A DNA stretch of 64,000 nt from an uncultured Acidobacteriota bacterium. Lineage in GTDB: Bacteria; Acidobacteriota; UBA6911. This document shows positions 8,478 to 18,486 of the stretch, in pieces. Every line of letters begins with the position of its first letter. The stretch's first letter is position 1. The translations under genes were made by a program, and so were the position numbers. The notes under the pieces are model-generated. The model did not search any database. It was not told the origin of the DNA and saw only the letters and a program-made list of their open reading frames with translations. The stretch covers positions 61,471-125,470 of the forward strand of contig CAWHCF010000037.1 in assembly GCA_963827655.1 (NCBI GenBank). The letters run 5' to 3'.

Positions 8478-9791
8478 TCACTCCGGATTCTTCTCTGCGT
8501 TTTTCTGTTGCTGCGCGTCCGCCGCTGTCAGTTTTCTCAGCAGCTCGATCGTGGGCTTGGGGGCTTCAAACTCGGCGGCTTCCAGCGGCGTCCGGCCAAA
8601 ACGGTCCTTCGCGCTCAAATCGGCGCCGTTTTCGACCAGATATTGAACGATGTCGTTGGCTCCCTGGCGCGTGGCCGCGTGCAAGGCGGTGCCTCCGGAG
8701 CGACGGGCATCGTTGACATCGGCGCCGAGTTCAACCATCAGCTTCACGGCCTCCAGCTTGCGGCTGCCTGTCGCCAGCAGAACGCCCCCGACGCCGTCCG
8801 GCGTCTTTGCCTTCGGGTCTGCTCCCAGCGCGACCAGTTCGCGCATCATCGCGACGTTGCCGGTCTCGGCCGCCGTCAGAAACGGAGTCAGACCGCCGCT
8901 GCGGAAGTAGGTCGGCGGGCCGGTCGGCATATCCGTGAGGGCCTGCAGGTCGGCCCCGCGAGCCACCAGATCGCGTACCAGGTCGATCTTGCCCTGCCGG
9001 ACCGCCTCGTGGAGGGGGGTGCCGCCGCTGCGGTCGCGCGAATTCACTTCCGCGCCGTGCTCGAGCATCAAACGGGCCACCGCTTCGTGCCCGCGCGCGA
9101 GCGCGATGAGGAACGCCGTGCTTCCGTCGCGAGCTTTGAATCGTGGATCTGACTTCATGGACAGCAGCAGCTTCACGCTATCGATGTCGCCGCGCTGTGC
9201 CGCGAACAACAGCGCGTTATACCCGTTTTTCGCGACCGCGTTCACGTCCACGCCTCGCTCAACGAGCAAACGCGCAATTTCCGAGCGCCCCTCCGCCACG
9301 GCCCACATGAGGGCGGTCTGGCCCAGCCGGGCTTCCGCGACGTTGATGTCGACCCCCTGGTCGAGCATCAGCTTTACCAACTCGACATTGCCCGAGTTGA
9401 CCGCGCCCATCAGTGGAGTCTCGCCGTTCCATCGAGCCGCGTTAGGATTCGCCTTCGCCTCCAGCAGCATACGCGCAATGGCGAGATTGCCGTTGGCGCA
9501 GGCCAGCGTCAGCGGAGTCTCTCCATTCTCGTCGGCGGCATTGACGTTGGCCCCGGCCCGAATCAAAGCTCCAAGAATCTCGGGGTCTTCACGGCTCGCG
9601 GCCCAGGCCAGCGCCGTAGATCCGTCGCCCCTGGCGGCGTTCACGTCGACGCCGCTCTTGATCAGCGTCAGCACGGTCTTGATATCACGGTGCTGAACCG
9701 CTTCCAGAAGCCGGAGGTCGGCGGCCGAACCGGGTCGCACGAGCACCAGCAAGCTCAGAAAAATCAGATCACACCGGACTGCCATTGCCAT
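8478..9791 (-). CDS. Secreted ankyrin repeat protein
   Basis: Signal peptide; about 11 G.T(P/A)L..A...G....V..LL..GADVN repeats. Confidence 0.95.
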   Translation of the reverse strand: MAMAVRCDLIFLSLLVLVRPGSAADLRLLEAVQHRDIKTVLTLIKSGVDVNAARGDGSTALAWAASREDPEILGALIRAGANVNAADENGETPLTLACANGNLAIARMLLEAKANPNAARWNGETPLMGAVNSGNVELVKLMLDQGVDINVAEARLGQTALMWAVAEGRSEIARLLVERGVDVNAVAKNGYNALLFAAQRGDIDSVKLLLSMKSDPRFKARDGSTAFLIALARGHEAVARLMLEHGAEVNSRDRSGGTPLHEAVRQGKIDLVRDLVARGADLQALTDMPTGPPTYFRSGGLTPFLTAAETGNVAMMRELVALGADPKAKTPDGVGGVLLATGSRKLEAVKLMVELGADVNDARRSGGTALHAATRQGANDIVQYLVENGADLSAKDRFGRTPLEAAEFEAPKPTIELLRKLTAADAQQQKNAEKNPE

Positions 9792-9836
9792 GGGTTAAAA
9801 TGATATATTAGCGCTGGCGCATTTTGATATAGGAAT

Positions 9837-12215
9837 GTGGTGAAACCGCTAATGATAAACGCCGTACGAAGCCGGGACGAAACGCTGACAGCGACCTGGA
9901 AACCAGTCCCGGTGGCTATCGTTCTTGCTGCCTTGTGCGCCCTCGCGGCCGCCGCAGCTCTTTTCGGGCAAAATCCTTCTCCCGCTCCGTCGCCCGAGGC
10001 CGCCCAGGCAATGGTGAATCGCTACTGCACCAATTGCCACAATGAAGATCTGAAGGCGGGCGGCGTCTCGCTCGTCGGCGTGCGCGCGTCGGCCGTAGGC
10101 GCCGCTGCGAATACCTGGGAAAAGGTCCTCCGCAAGGTGCGAACCGGCGAAATGCCTCCGCTCGCCATGCCCAGGCCTGACTCGCCCGCGCTCGCCTCGT
10201 TCACCACCTGGCTCGAAACTGAGCTGGACCGCGCCGCCGTCGCCCGGCCCAATCCCGGGACTCCATCCATCCATCGGCTCAATCGCGTCGAGTACGGCAA
10301 CGCGGTTCGAGATCTCCTCGCCCTGGACCTCGATCATTCTTCAAGCCTGCCGGCGGACGATTCCGGTTACGGCTTCGACAACATCGGCGAAGTGCTGACG
10401 CTTTCCCCGCTTCATCTGGAGAAATACATGACCACGGCGCGGCGGGTAAGCCGGCTCGCCGTGGGAACGGTAAAACTCAGCCCGGCGATAGAGAAGTTCT
10501 CGGTCGGCCGCGCTTCGGCCGGCGAAATCAGCGACGAATTGCCGCTCAGCGTCCGCGGCGGAATCGTGTTGCGCCATCATTTCCCTGTCGACGCGGAATA
10601 TTCGATCCTGGTGCGCCTCCGCGGCAACCCGGACTCCAATATGCCGCCTCCCAAGCTCGACGTGCGGCTCGACGGCAACCGCGTCAAGCTGTTCGACGCG
10701 AACATCAACCTTGCTGAAGAAGCGCAGTACACCCGGAGCTTCGAGTTCCGTCTTCCGCTGAAGGCGGGCATGCACGTCATTGGGGCCGGATTGCTGAGTG
10801 AATCCACGAAGCCCGTGGTAGGCGGCGCGCGCCGTGGTGTCGACCCGCCCCCGGCAACGCCGGCCTCGGTCGATTACGTCCTTGTCGGCGGTCCTTTCAA
10901 TCCGACGGGTCCGGGCGAAACGGAGAGCAGGAAGCGCATTTTCGTGTGCCGCCCGGCCGCGGGCGAGCCCGAGGAGCCCTGCGCCAAGAAAATACTGACC
11001 TCTCTGACACGGCAAGCCTACCGCCGTCCGACCGATAAGGGCGATATCGAGCCGCTGATGAAGTTATTCGCGACAGGCCGCAAAGACGGCGGGAGCTTCG
11101 ACTCGGGAATCGAGACCGCCCTGCGGGCGATCCTGGTTTCTCCGAGCTTCCTGTTCCGTGTGGAGCGCAGTCCGCGCGGCAGCGCGCCTGGAACGGTCCA
11201 TCGAGTCACCGACCTTGAGCTGGCGTCGCGCCTCTCGTTTTTCCTCTGGAGCAGCATCCCCGATGAAGAACTTCTACGATTGGCCGAGCAAGGCAAACTG
11301 CGGCCGGTTCTGAATCAGCAGGTCAGCCGGATGCTCGCCGACCCGAAGTCAAAGTCGCTGGTCGACAACTTCGCCGGGCAGTGGCTCCATCTGAGGAACG
11401 TCGCCACCTGGCGCCCGGATCCGGACAAGTACAAGGATTTCGATGAATCGCTGCGCAGCGCACTGCAGCGCGAGACCGAACTCTTCTTCGAGCACATCGT
11501 GCGCGAGGACCGCAGCGTGCTCGAGTTCCTCAACGCCGACTACTCGATTCTCAATGAGCGTCTGGCGCGCCACTACGGAATACCCGGCGTGCGCGGCAGC
11601 TATTACCGCCGCGTCGCGGTGAACGAAAACGAACGAGGCGGCATTCTAACCCACGGCAGCATCCTGACCGTTACTTCCTATCCGACCCGGACGTCGCCGG
11701 TGTTGCGCGGCAAGTGGATTCTCGACAACGTGCTGGGCGCTCCGCCGCCTCCCCCGGCGCCGGATGTCCCCGCCCTCGCCGAGAGCGCCTCGAGTTCGGC
11801 CCGGGACCTGCGCACAGCCCTGGAGAAGCACCGCGCCAACGCCGCGTGCGCTTCCTGTCATGCTCGGCTCGACCCGCTCGGATTCGCGCTCGAAAACTAC
11901 GACGCCATCGGCAAGTTCAGGACCAGCGAAGGGGGGACCGATATCGACGCATCCGGATCGCTTCCCGGTGGAATTACCGTCAACGGGCCGGGCGATCTGA
12001 AGAAAGTTCTTATGGAGCGTCGCGGCGAGTTCGTCGAATGCCTTGCCGAGAAGCTCCTCACCTACGCACTGGGCCGCGGTCTGGAACATTATGACCTGCC
12101 GGCCGTCCGTCAAATCCGCCGTGAGGTCGCCCGCAACGACTACCGGTTTTCATCACTGGCTTTTGCAATCGTTAATAGCGTACCATTCCAAATGAGGAGG
12201 ACTGCGGAACCATGA
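9837..12215 (+). CDS. DUF1592/1588/1587/1595/1585 (PSD) c-type cytochrome protein
   Basis: CTNCH and CASCH haem motifs; HRLNRVEY.N.VRDLL; ELASRLSFFLWSS.PD; TSPVLRGKW; start codon uncertain. Confidence 0.92.
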   Translation: MVKPLMINAVRSRDETLTATWKPVPVAIVLAALCALAAAAALFGQNPSPAPSPEAAQAMVNRYCTNCHNEDLKAGGVSLVGVRASAVGAAANTWEKVLRKVRTGEMPPLAMPRPDSPALASFTTWLETELDRAAVARPNPGTPSIHRLNRVEYGNAVRDLLALDLDHSSSLPADDSGYGFDNIGEVLTLSPLHLEKYMTTARRVSRLAVGTVKLSPAIEKFSVGRASAGEISDELPLSVRGGIVLRHHFPVDAEYSILVRLRGNPDSNMPPPKLDVRLDGNRVKLFDANINLAEEAQYTRSFEFRLPLKAGMHVIGAGLLSESTKPVVGGARRGVDPPPATPASVDYVLVGGPFNPTGPGETESRKRIFVCRPAAGEPEEPCAKKILTSLTRQAYRRPTDKGDIEPLMKLFATGRKDGGSFDSGIETALRAILVSPSFLFRVERSPRGSAPGTVHRVTDLELASRLSFFLWSSIPDEELLRLAEQGKLRPVLNQQVSRMLADPKSKSLVDNFAGQWLHLRNVATWRPDPDKYKDFDESLRSALQRETELFFEHIVREDRSVLEFLNADYSILNERLARHYGIPGVRGSYYRRVAVNENERGGILTHGSILTVTSYPTRTSPVLRGKWILDNVLGAPPPPPAPDVPALAESASSSARDLRTALEKHRANAACASCHARLDPLGFALENYDAIGKFRTSEGGTDIDASGSLPGGITVNGPGDLKKVLMERRGEFVECLAEKLLTYALGRGLEHYDLPAVRQIRREVARNDYRFSSLAFAIVNSVPFQMRRTAEP

Positions 12216-13570
12216 TCATCACGAAGAAGTCCTTGCCGCGGCGCACGTTTCTTCGAGGACTCGGCACAGCCGTCGCGCTTCCCTTCCTGGACGCCATGGT
12301 CCCTGCCCTTTCCGCCCTGAACCGGTCGGGCGCCAAGCCGGTCCTCCGGATGGCCTTCTTGTATGTGCCCAACGGCGTCATCATGAAGGACTGGACGCCG
12401 ACGACCGAGGGCGCCGGCTTCGAGTTTACCCGTACGCTGAAGCCGGTGGAGCCATTCCGCGATCGCCTGCTGGTCTTGTCGGGTCTGGACCAGTACAACG
12501 GCCAGGCGCTTGGCGACGGCCCGGGGGACCACGCCCGCGCGGGCGCCACGTGGCTTACAGGCGTGCATCCCAAGAAAACGCAGGGCGCAGACATCCTGGC
12601 CGGCACTTCCGCAGACCAGATCGCGGCCAAGGAAATCGGCAAGCAGACTACGCTCCCATCGCTCGAGTTGGGGCTGGAGGATAATCGCATGGTCGGGGGC
12701 TGCGATTCCGGCTATAGCTGCGCTTACAGCAACACGATTTGCTGGAGTTCGCCCACGACACCGCTGCCTCCCGAGATCAATCCGCGCGCCGTGTTCGAGC
12801 GCATGTTCGGCGACGGCGAGACCACCGATCCGGCGGCGCGAGCGATGCAGGCCCGGCAGGACCGCAGCATTCTCGACTTTGTCAACCAGGATGCCGCGCG
12901 CCTGGGTCTGGGGCTCGGCACCGGCGACCGGCGGAAGTTGAGCGAGTATCTCGACGCCGTGCGAGAGATCGAGCGCCGCATTCAGAAGGCGGAGCAGCAG
13001 GATCCCGCCGCCGCCACGCTCCCCTCCATCGACCGTCCGGCCGGCATTCCGCCGACCTTCGAGGAACACATCAAGCTGATGTTCGACCTGATGACGGTGG
13101 CATTCCAGGCTGACTTGACCCGGGTCATCACGATCATGATCGGCCGCGAAGGAGGCAACCGGACGTATCGTTCCATCGGTGTGCCCGACGCGCACCATGG
13201 CCTGACTCACCACTTCAACGACCCCGCCAAGATTGAGCGGATTCAGAAGATCGACCAGCATCACGTCGAGATGCTGAACTATTTCCTCGGCAAGATGCAG
13301 GCGGCCAACGACGGCGAGGGCACGCTGCTGGATCACTCGGTGATCGTATACGGCAGCAGCCTGAGCGACGGCAACCGCCATCAGCACGACGATCTGCCAA
13401 CCTTGTTGGCCGGCGGCGCAATTAGCAGGATCAAGGGAGGGCGCCACATCCGCTACAAGAAGGGCACCCCGATGACCAACCTGTTTCTGACTCTGCTCGA
13501 CATGGCCGACGTCCGTCCGGAAAAGATCGGCGACAGCACGGGCAATCTCGAGCAGCTGTCGAATCTGTAA
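12212..13570 (+). CDS. DUF1552 family protein, probably Tat-exported
   Basis: RRTFLRG.G....LPFLDAM; YVPNG; CDSGYSCAY; HHGLTHH; ATGA-coupled to the DUF1592 gene. Confidence 0.92.
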   Translation: MIITKKSLPRRTFLRGLGTAVALPFLDAMVPALSALNRSGAKPVLRMAFLYVPNGVIMKDWTPTTEGAGFEFTRTLKPVEPFRDRLLVLSGLDQYNGQALGDGPGDHARAGATWLTGVHPKKTQGADILAGTSADQIAAKEIGKQTTLPSLELGLEDNRMVGGCDSGYSCAYSNTICWSSPTTPLPPEINPRAVFERMFGDGETTDPAARAMQARQDRSILDFVNQDAARLGLGLGTGDRRKLSEYLDAVREIERRIQKAEQQDPAAATLPSIDRPAGIPPTFEEHIKLMFDLMTVAFQADLTRVITIMIGREGGNRTYRSIGVPDAHHGLTHHFNDPAKIERIQKIDQHHVEMLNYFLGKMQAANDGEGTLLDHSVIVYGSSLSDGNRHQHDDLPTLLAGGAISRIKGGRHIRYKKGTPMTNLFLTLLDMADVRPEKIGDSTGNLEQLSNL

Positions 13571-13874
13571 AGGCCCTTAAAGAATCATCCCCGGAATAAA
13601 TCGTGGCGCGGGCCCGTCGCCCGGCGAACCTTGCTTCGCCGCATCCCGCGTGGCCCGGCTCGATCCGATTCCGCCGCCTCCGAACGCTCAGTAATTGACG
13701 GACACGCCATCCAATGTCAAGAAACATGACGAAACATTATGGAAGCCCATAATCCATACTGCAGGGCCGCTCGCCGAACTCCCCCGTTCCTGCAGAAAAC
13801 AGCTCCTGCCGCGACTCAGAAAGCCCAGCGTGCCGAGTGAACGTCAGAGAGTCAAAACGGAAAGGAAAGACCCT

Positions 13875-14318
13875 ATGGTAACCCGCCGCTTTTGGTTGGC
13901 CCTGAGCTGGTTCGCGCTGGCCCTGGGGATTTGCCTTGCCCAAACCCAAAGCCCGCGACCCAGCGAGCCGGTTCCTGATATCACCGGTGAGTGGACTGGC
14001 ACCTGGTCTTCCTACAATCCAGCGCAGGCGGCCGGCGTGCAGAAGGAACTCTGCAAACGCCTCGATTCCAAGGTCGTGCAAAAAGACGCCATTTGGGAAG
14101 CGACCTTCGAGGGGGATTGCGGCCGGCCTTACAAATACACCATCAAAATGGAAGGCCGCCAGGCCGGAAAGGTTGTCCTCTTCAAGGGCACCGTGGACCT
14201 GGGACAAAAAGACGGAGGCGTCTATGATTGGATCGGACGGGCAAACGACAAGGAGTTCGTCGGGTTCTTCACCAGCGCGTCTTACACCGGAGTGTTCAGC
14301 CTTTCCCGGCCGAAATGA
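13875..14318 (+). CDS. Secreted hypothetical protein (small beta-rich domain, two Cys in the mature region)
   Basis: AAGGA RBS; signal peptide ending CLA-Q; DITGEWTGTW motif. Confidence 0.65.
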   Translation: MVTRRFWLALSWFALALGICLAQTQSPRPSEPVPDITGEWTGTWSSYNPAQAAGVQKELCKRLDSKVVQKDAIWEATFEGDCGRPYKYTIKMEGRQAGKVVLFKGTVDLGQKDGGVYDWIGRANDKEFVGFFTSASYTGVFSLSRPK

Positions 14319-14437
14319 CGGAACCGGCGCAGCAGAATTGCCAACCGCACCGGAGATCCGAAAGTTTCGGGCTTTGACAGATCCGACGGGGGATAATCCG
14401 CGTATGATTGGGTATTACAGAACAGGAGGAGCCAGCC

Positions 14438-15382
14438 ATGCTGATCAAGAAGTCCGGTGATATCCCTTATTCGGAGGTAACTCCGAAGAGCGTCTACATG
14501 AACCGGCGCGATTTCATGAAAGCCGCAGGCGTAGTGCTGGCTGCTGGCGGAATTTCCGGCTCTGGCTCGGTCGCGCTGGCAGCCACGAAACTCCAGTACA
14601 CGAAGAGCGGCCTGAGCACCCAGGGGGAGGAACTCACGACGTTAAAGGACATCACGACCTACAACAATTTCTACGAATTCGGCACCGAGAAAGAAGATCC
14701 GCATCAGAACGCCAAGGAGTTCCGGACCAATCCGTGGAAGGTTTCAGTAGAAGGCCAGGTCAAGAAATCGATGTCCTACGACGTGGAAAGCATTATCAAG
14801 ATGCATCCTTCGCTCGAGGAGCGTATCTATCGCCTTCGTTGTGTGGAAGCCTGGTCGATGGTGATCCCGTGGATCGGGATCCCGCTCGCTTCCGTGATCA
14901 AAGCCGTGGAACCGACCTCCAAGGCCAAGTATGTGGCCTTCCAAACGCTCCACGATCCCAGGCAGATGCCGGGACAGCGCCGGGCGGTGCTGCAGTGGCC
15001 CTACGTAGAAGGCTTGCGTATGGATGAAGCCATGCATCCCCTTACCATTCTCGCCGTTGGGCTGTACGGCGAGATTCTGCCGAATCAGAACGGCGCGCCC
15101 CTTCGTCTGGTGGTGCCGTGGAAGTATGGATTCAAGAGCATCAAGTCGATCGTCAAGATTCGATTCGTGGAATCACAACCTCCTACTGCCTGGAACCTCT
15201 CAGCCCCCCATGAGTACGGCTTTTACTCCAATGTCAACCCGGAGGTAGATCATCCGCGCTGGAGCCAGGGCCGGGAACGCCGGATCGGAGAGTTCACGAA
15301 ACGAAAAACCCTGATGTTCAACGGCTATGGCGATCAGGTAGCCAGTCTCTATTCCGGCATGGATCTGCGCAAGAATTACTAG
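14438..15382 (+). CDS. msrP: Protein-methionine-sulfoxide reductase catalytic subunit MsrP
   Basis: [13 protein letters not shown] Tat leader; YNNFYEFG; [14 protein letters not shown]; [13 protein letters not shown]; PRWSQ..ERRIG. Confidence 0.97.
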   Translation: MLIKKSGDIPYSEVTPKSVYMNRRDFMKAAGVVLAAGGISGSGSVALAATKLQYTKSGLSTQGEELTTLKDITTYNNFYEFGTEKEDPHQNAKEFRTNPWKVSVEGQVKKSMSYDVESIIKMHPSLEERIYRLRCVEAWSMVIPWIGIPLASVIKAVEPTSKAKYVAFQTLHDPRQMPGQRRAVLQWPYVEGLRMDEAMHPLTILAVGLYGEILPNQNGAPLRLVVPWKYGFKSIKSIVKIRFVESQPPTAWNLSAPHEYGFYSNVNPEVDHPRWSQGRERRIGEFTKRKTLMFNGYGDQVASLYSGMDLRKNY

Positions 15383-15387
15383 TCTCC

Positions 15388-16053
15388 ATGAGCAGCCGCA
15401 AGATCCTTCTCCTTAAAATTGCCGTCTGGATTGGGTGTTTCGTTCCGCTGGGGCGATTGCTCTACAAGGGATGGACCGGTGGTTTGGGCGCCAACCCGAT
15501 CGAATTCATCACGCTCTCCACCGGCACCTGGACCCTCATCTTCTTGCTCGCGACCCTCAGCATCACGCCCCTGAGAAAGCTGACAGGCCAGTCGTGGCTG
15601 ATTCGCATACGCCGGCTGATCGGCCTCTTCGCATTTTTTTACGCATCGCTCCACTTCACGACCTACGTGTGGCTGGACAAGTTTTTCGAATTCCAGGAGA
15701 TGGTCGAGGATGTAATGAAGCGGCGTTTTATAACGGCGGGGTTTCTAGCCTTCACGCTCCTCGTGCCGCTCGCAATGACATCCACGACCTGGGCCGTACG
15801 CAAACTGGGAGGAAAGAAATGGCAACGGCTGCATCGCTTGATCTACCTGAGCGCGGTCGCCGGGGTGATTCATTTCTGGTGGAAGGTGAAGGCTGACGTG
15901 CGCGAGCCCGCTATCTACGCCGCTATTCTGGGGGGACTGCTGCTGCTGAGGCTCGCGATAACGGCGCGTGAGAAATACCGGAAGCCTTCCCGGCGGCTGA
16001 AGTCCGGGCCGGTCCAGCATCCCGGCACCCAGCCCGCCGGCGGACCCGATTGA
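15388..16053 (+). CDS. msrQ: Haem-binding membrane subunit MsrQ
   Basis: GANPIE; TL.ITP; RRLIGLFAFFYA.LH; PLA.TS; WQRLHRLIY; directly follows msrP. Confidence 0.96.
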   Translation: MSSRKILLLKIAVWIGCFVPLGRLLYKGWTGGLGANPIEFITLSTGTWTLIFLLATLSITPLRKLTGQSWLIRIRRLIGLFAFFYASLHFTTYVWLDKFFEFQEMVEDVMKRRFITAGFLAFTLLVPLAMTSTTWAVRKLGGKKWQRLHRLIYLSAVAGVIHFWWKVKADVREPAIYAAILGGLLLLRLAITAREKYRKPSRRLKSGPVQHPGTQPAGGPD

Positions 16054-16133
16054 GCCTGAGCTTGACTCCGGGCATGACCGAAGTCAGCCGCTGCCCGTCT
16101 GACCACGGTGGACGCTCCCATCTTGAGTTATCG

Positions 16134-16718
16134 TCACCCCGCCTCTTCGCTCGCGGACGCCTGAGCCAGGCACAAAGCGGCGCCCAACCCGGCTCCCAGG
16201 AACAGCCCGTAGACAACCCCAAAGAGCAGCATCCCGATTTTCCCTTGGATTGAATAGAAGAGCGCCGCACCGAGAAAATAACCGGCGGAATTGGCGATGA
16301 ACAACACGGCGAGGAGCCTGGGCGCAGCGCGCGGAGCGCCCAAAGCCGCAGCCAGGACCAGGCCCATCAAGACGGAGCCTGCAAGAGACCCAACCCATTC
16401 TCCAGCCGTCCCACGAATAGTAAAATACGCCGCCATCCATGCCACCGCATATGCCAGAAACGCGGCGCCGAAAATGACGGGAAACCGGGGCCGCCGCCGG
16501 CCCGTTACCAGCGGAGTCAGAGCCATACCGCCGAGGACGATAAAAAGAACGGTCCAGGTTGCGTAGGCGCCGTAGAAACCAAGGTGGCGGTACATCCAGC
16601 GTTCTGCGAATGCCACTGTGGCGAAGACCAGCAGGCTGGCGAGGCAGAAGCCAAGCGCGCCGAACCATAGCGAGTAGGTGAGGGACGGGGCGTTCCTGGA
16701 ATCTCGAATTCTGTTCAT
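16134..16718 (-). CDS. Hypothetical integral membrane protein (about 6-7 TM)
   Basis: Successive hydrophobic Gly/Ala-rich helices; extended -10 TGGTATATT at 16747-16739 supports a start at 16718. Confidence 0.65.
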   Translation of the reverse strand: MNRIRDSRNAPSLTYSLWFGALGFCLASLLVFATVAFAERWMYRHLGFYGAYATWTVLFIVLGGMALTPLVTGRRRPRFPVIFGAAFLAYAVAWMAAYFTIRGTAGEWVGSLAGSVLMGLVLAAALGAPRAAPRLLAVLFIANSAGYFLGAALFYSIQGKIGMLLFGVVYGLFLGAGLGAALCLAQASASEEAG

Positions 16719-16819
16719 GTCGGGGCGCAAGGCACGGCAATATACCACAATACCCTTGTATTTCCCGGCGTCTTCGTGCCTTAGTGATCCTGCGCAATAC
16801 GGTGACGTATTTCGGCAGT

Positions 16820-16930
16820 TGAGGCGATGCTGCGGCCAGGCCCGCCAAGGCCGGGTTACGTGCTTACTAAGAAGGAGCGTGAGGTGCGACACAGGCCAGG
16901 CGGCCTCGGACGCGGCTCAATCCGCGCCCT
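16820..16930 (+). repeat. Degenerate copy of element B
   Basis: AAGGCCGGG...GAGCG.GAGGTGCGACA...CCTCGGAC...CCGCGCCCT, colinear with 44822-44927. Confidence 0.45.
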
Positions 16931-17066
16931 TAGGGTGCTAGCTGACGAACCCGGTTCATGATAACCAGTCGCTCTCGCAACCAGAATTGTGAAAGTTACT
17001 TAGTATCTGCGCAAGAACGAGCTTAGTTGCATAGATTGCAGCACGCCCAGAAAGGAGACCTTTCTG

Positions 17067-17912
17067 ATGTTCGCCGACATCGACCTTGCACGCCGGATAG
17101 ATCGGGCGGAAGCCAGTCTCTCGTCCGACTTCGCCGATGCGACCAGACGAGGCAAATCTGGGCAGGGAGTCTTCGTTCAAGAACTCGGTGGGGGCGTTGC
17201 CGTGTGCACAGGGGTTGCTTCGCCGATGACGAAAGTGATCGGGGTTGGATTCGGCGAACTGCCGTCCGAGGAAGAGCTCGATACCATCGAGCGCGCATTT
17301 TTCGATCGGGGCTCCCCGGTACGGGCGGAGGTAGCCACCCTGGCGGATCCGGCGTTTTGTGCCCGTCTCACCAGCCGCGGCTACATATTGCGCGGGTTCG
17401 AGAATGTGCTTGGGCGCGCCATCACTGGAGAGGACGGCGCCGGGTTGGAGCGCTCGGACATCGACGTGGTTGAAGCCGCCGGCGTTCCCGAATGGAACGA
17501 CGTCGTGATCACCGCCTTCGAGAACCCGGACACGGGTGTGATTTCGGCGCCGGCCGAATCGTTTCCGCGCGAAGAACTCGAGCGCATCCTCGACGACACC
17601 GCCTCCGCCCGCGGGTTCAAGCGTTACCTGGCCCGCGTTCGCGGACAAGCGGCCGGCGGCGCCAGCCTGCGCCTGTTCGATGGCATCGCGCAGCTTTGCG
17701 GCGCGGGCACGCTTCCTCGATTCCGCCGGCAGGGAGTGCAGACCGCGCTCCTGAAGACGCGGTTGCGCGACGCGCAGCTCGCCGGGTGCGAGATTGCCGT
17801 GATCACGACACAACCCGGTACGAAGTCTCAGCAGAACTCGCAGCGGCGGGGATTCCAGCTGCTCTATGCTCGCGCCGTCCTGGTGAAGGATCCGCCTGGA
17901 GCCGGACCCTAG
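17067..17912 (+). CDS. GNAT family N-acetyltransferase
   Basis: AGTLPRFRRQGVQTALL acetyl-CoA motif A; SQQNSQRRGF; AAGGAG RBS. Confidence 0.9.
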   Translation: MFADIDLARRIDRAEASLSSDFADATRRGKSGQGVFVQELGGGVAVCTGVASPMTKVIGVGFGELPSEEELDTIERAFFDRGSPVRAEVATLADPAFCARLTSRGYILRGFENVLGRAITGEDGAGLERSDIDVVEAAGVPEWNDVVITAFENPDTGVISAPAESFPREELERILDDTASARGFKRYLARVRGQAAGGASLRLFDGIAQLCGAGTLPRFRRQGVQTALLKTRLRDAQLAGCEIAVITTQPGTKSQQNSQRRGFQLLYARAVLVKDPPGAGP

Positions 17913-17920
17913 AACAGAAT

Positions 17921-17959
17921 GCTTCGTGTTTCTTCGTGGCTTCGCGTCTTCGCGGTTAG
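17921..17959. repeat. Family C single arm
   Basis: GCTTCGTGTTTCTTCGTGGCTTCGCGTCTTCGCGGTTAG; contains the stop codon of the 17956 gene. Confidence 0.8.
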
Positions 17960-18381
17960 TTTGATGAACGGCCTGTGATCGCTCCGCACGCATCCTTGAC
18001 GGCGTTGCCCAGAAACCGGGTGGAGCCGCTGTAGATAAGATCCTGGTCCTTGTTGAAAACGGCGATCTTGTTGCCGCGCACGAACGGCGTCGCCGGATTG
18101 GTTTCCTCATGGTCCAGGCGAACAATATATTCCGCTTTTTCGTGATTCGCGGTCACGATCACGCCGGGGCACCGTTTTATGAAGTTCTTCATGACTTCGA
18201 CGCTCTGCGGGCTGGTGCCGCCCATGAGCAGGAGCGAACCTTTGGTATCGCCGATGGAAGCGTCGCCCAGGAGCTGAAGCGACTGGCTCTCGGTAATGAA
18301 CACGCGCGGCTTCTCAGCACCCGCCACGCTCAGGGGAATCGCAAGCGTGACCACGGCGGCCCAGGACCATTCAGTCTTCAT
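17956..18381 (-). CDS. Secreted hypothetical protein
   Basis: Signal peptide; KPRVFI...; CPGVIVT...A.Y...L; GNAVKDAC (probable disulfide). Confidence 0.7.
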   Translation of the reverse strand: MKTEWSWAAVVTLAIPLSVAGAEKPRVFITESQSLQLLGDASIGDTKGSLLLMGGTSPQSVEVMKNFIKRCPGVIVTANHEKAEYIVRLDHEETNPATPFVRGNKIAVFNKDQDLIYSGSTRFLGNAVKDACGAITGRSSN

Positions 18382-18486
18382 TGTCGTCTCCAACGAAATT
18401 TCGTGTGTGCCTGTTGAATTGGATGCTCGACCTTGATCCAGGTCTCAGAAACTCGATCGCGGCGCGCGCGAGCGGGCTCACCGTTT

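Noticed and set aside
14374-14397. TTGACA...GATAAT promoter for msrP
   Set aside because: The spacer is only 12 nt.
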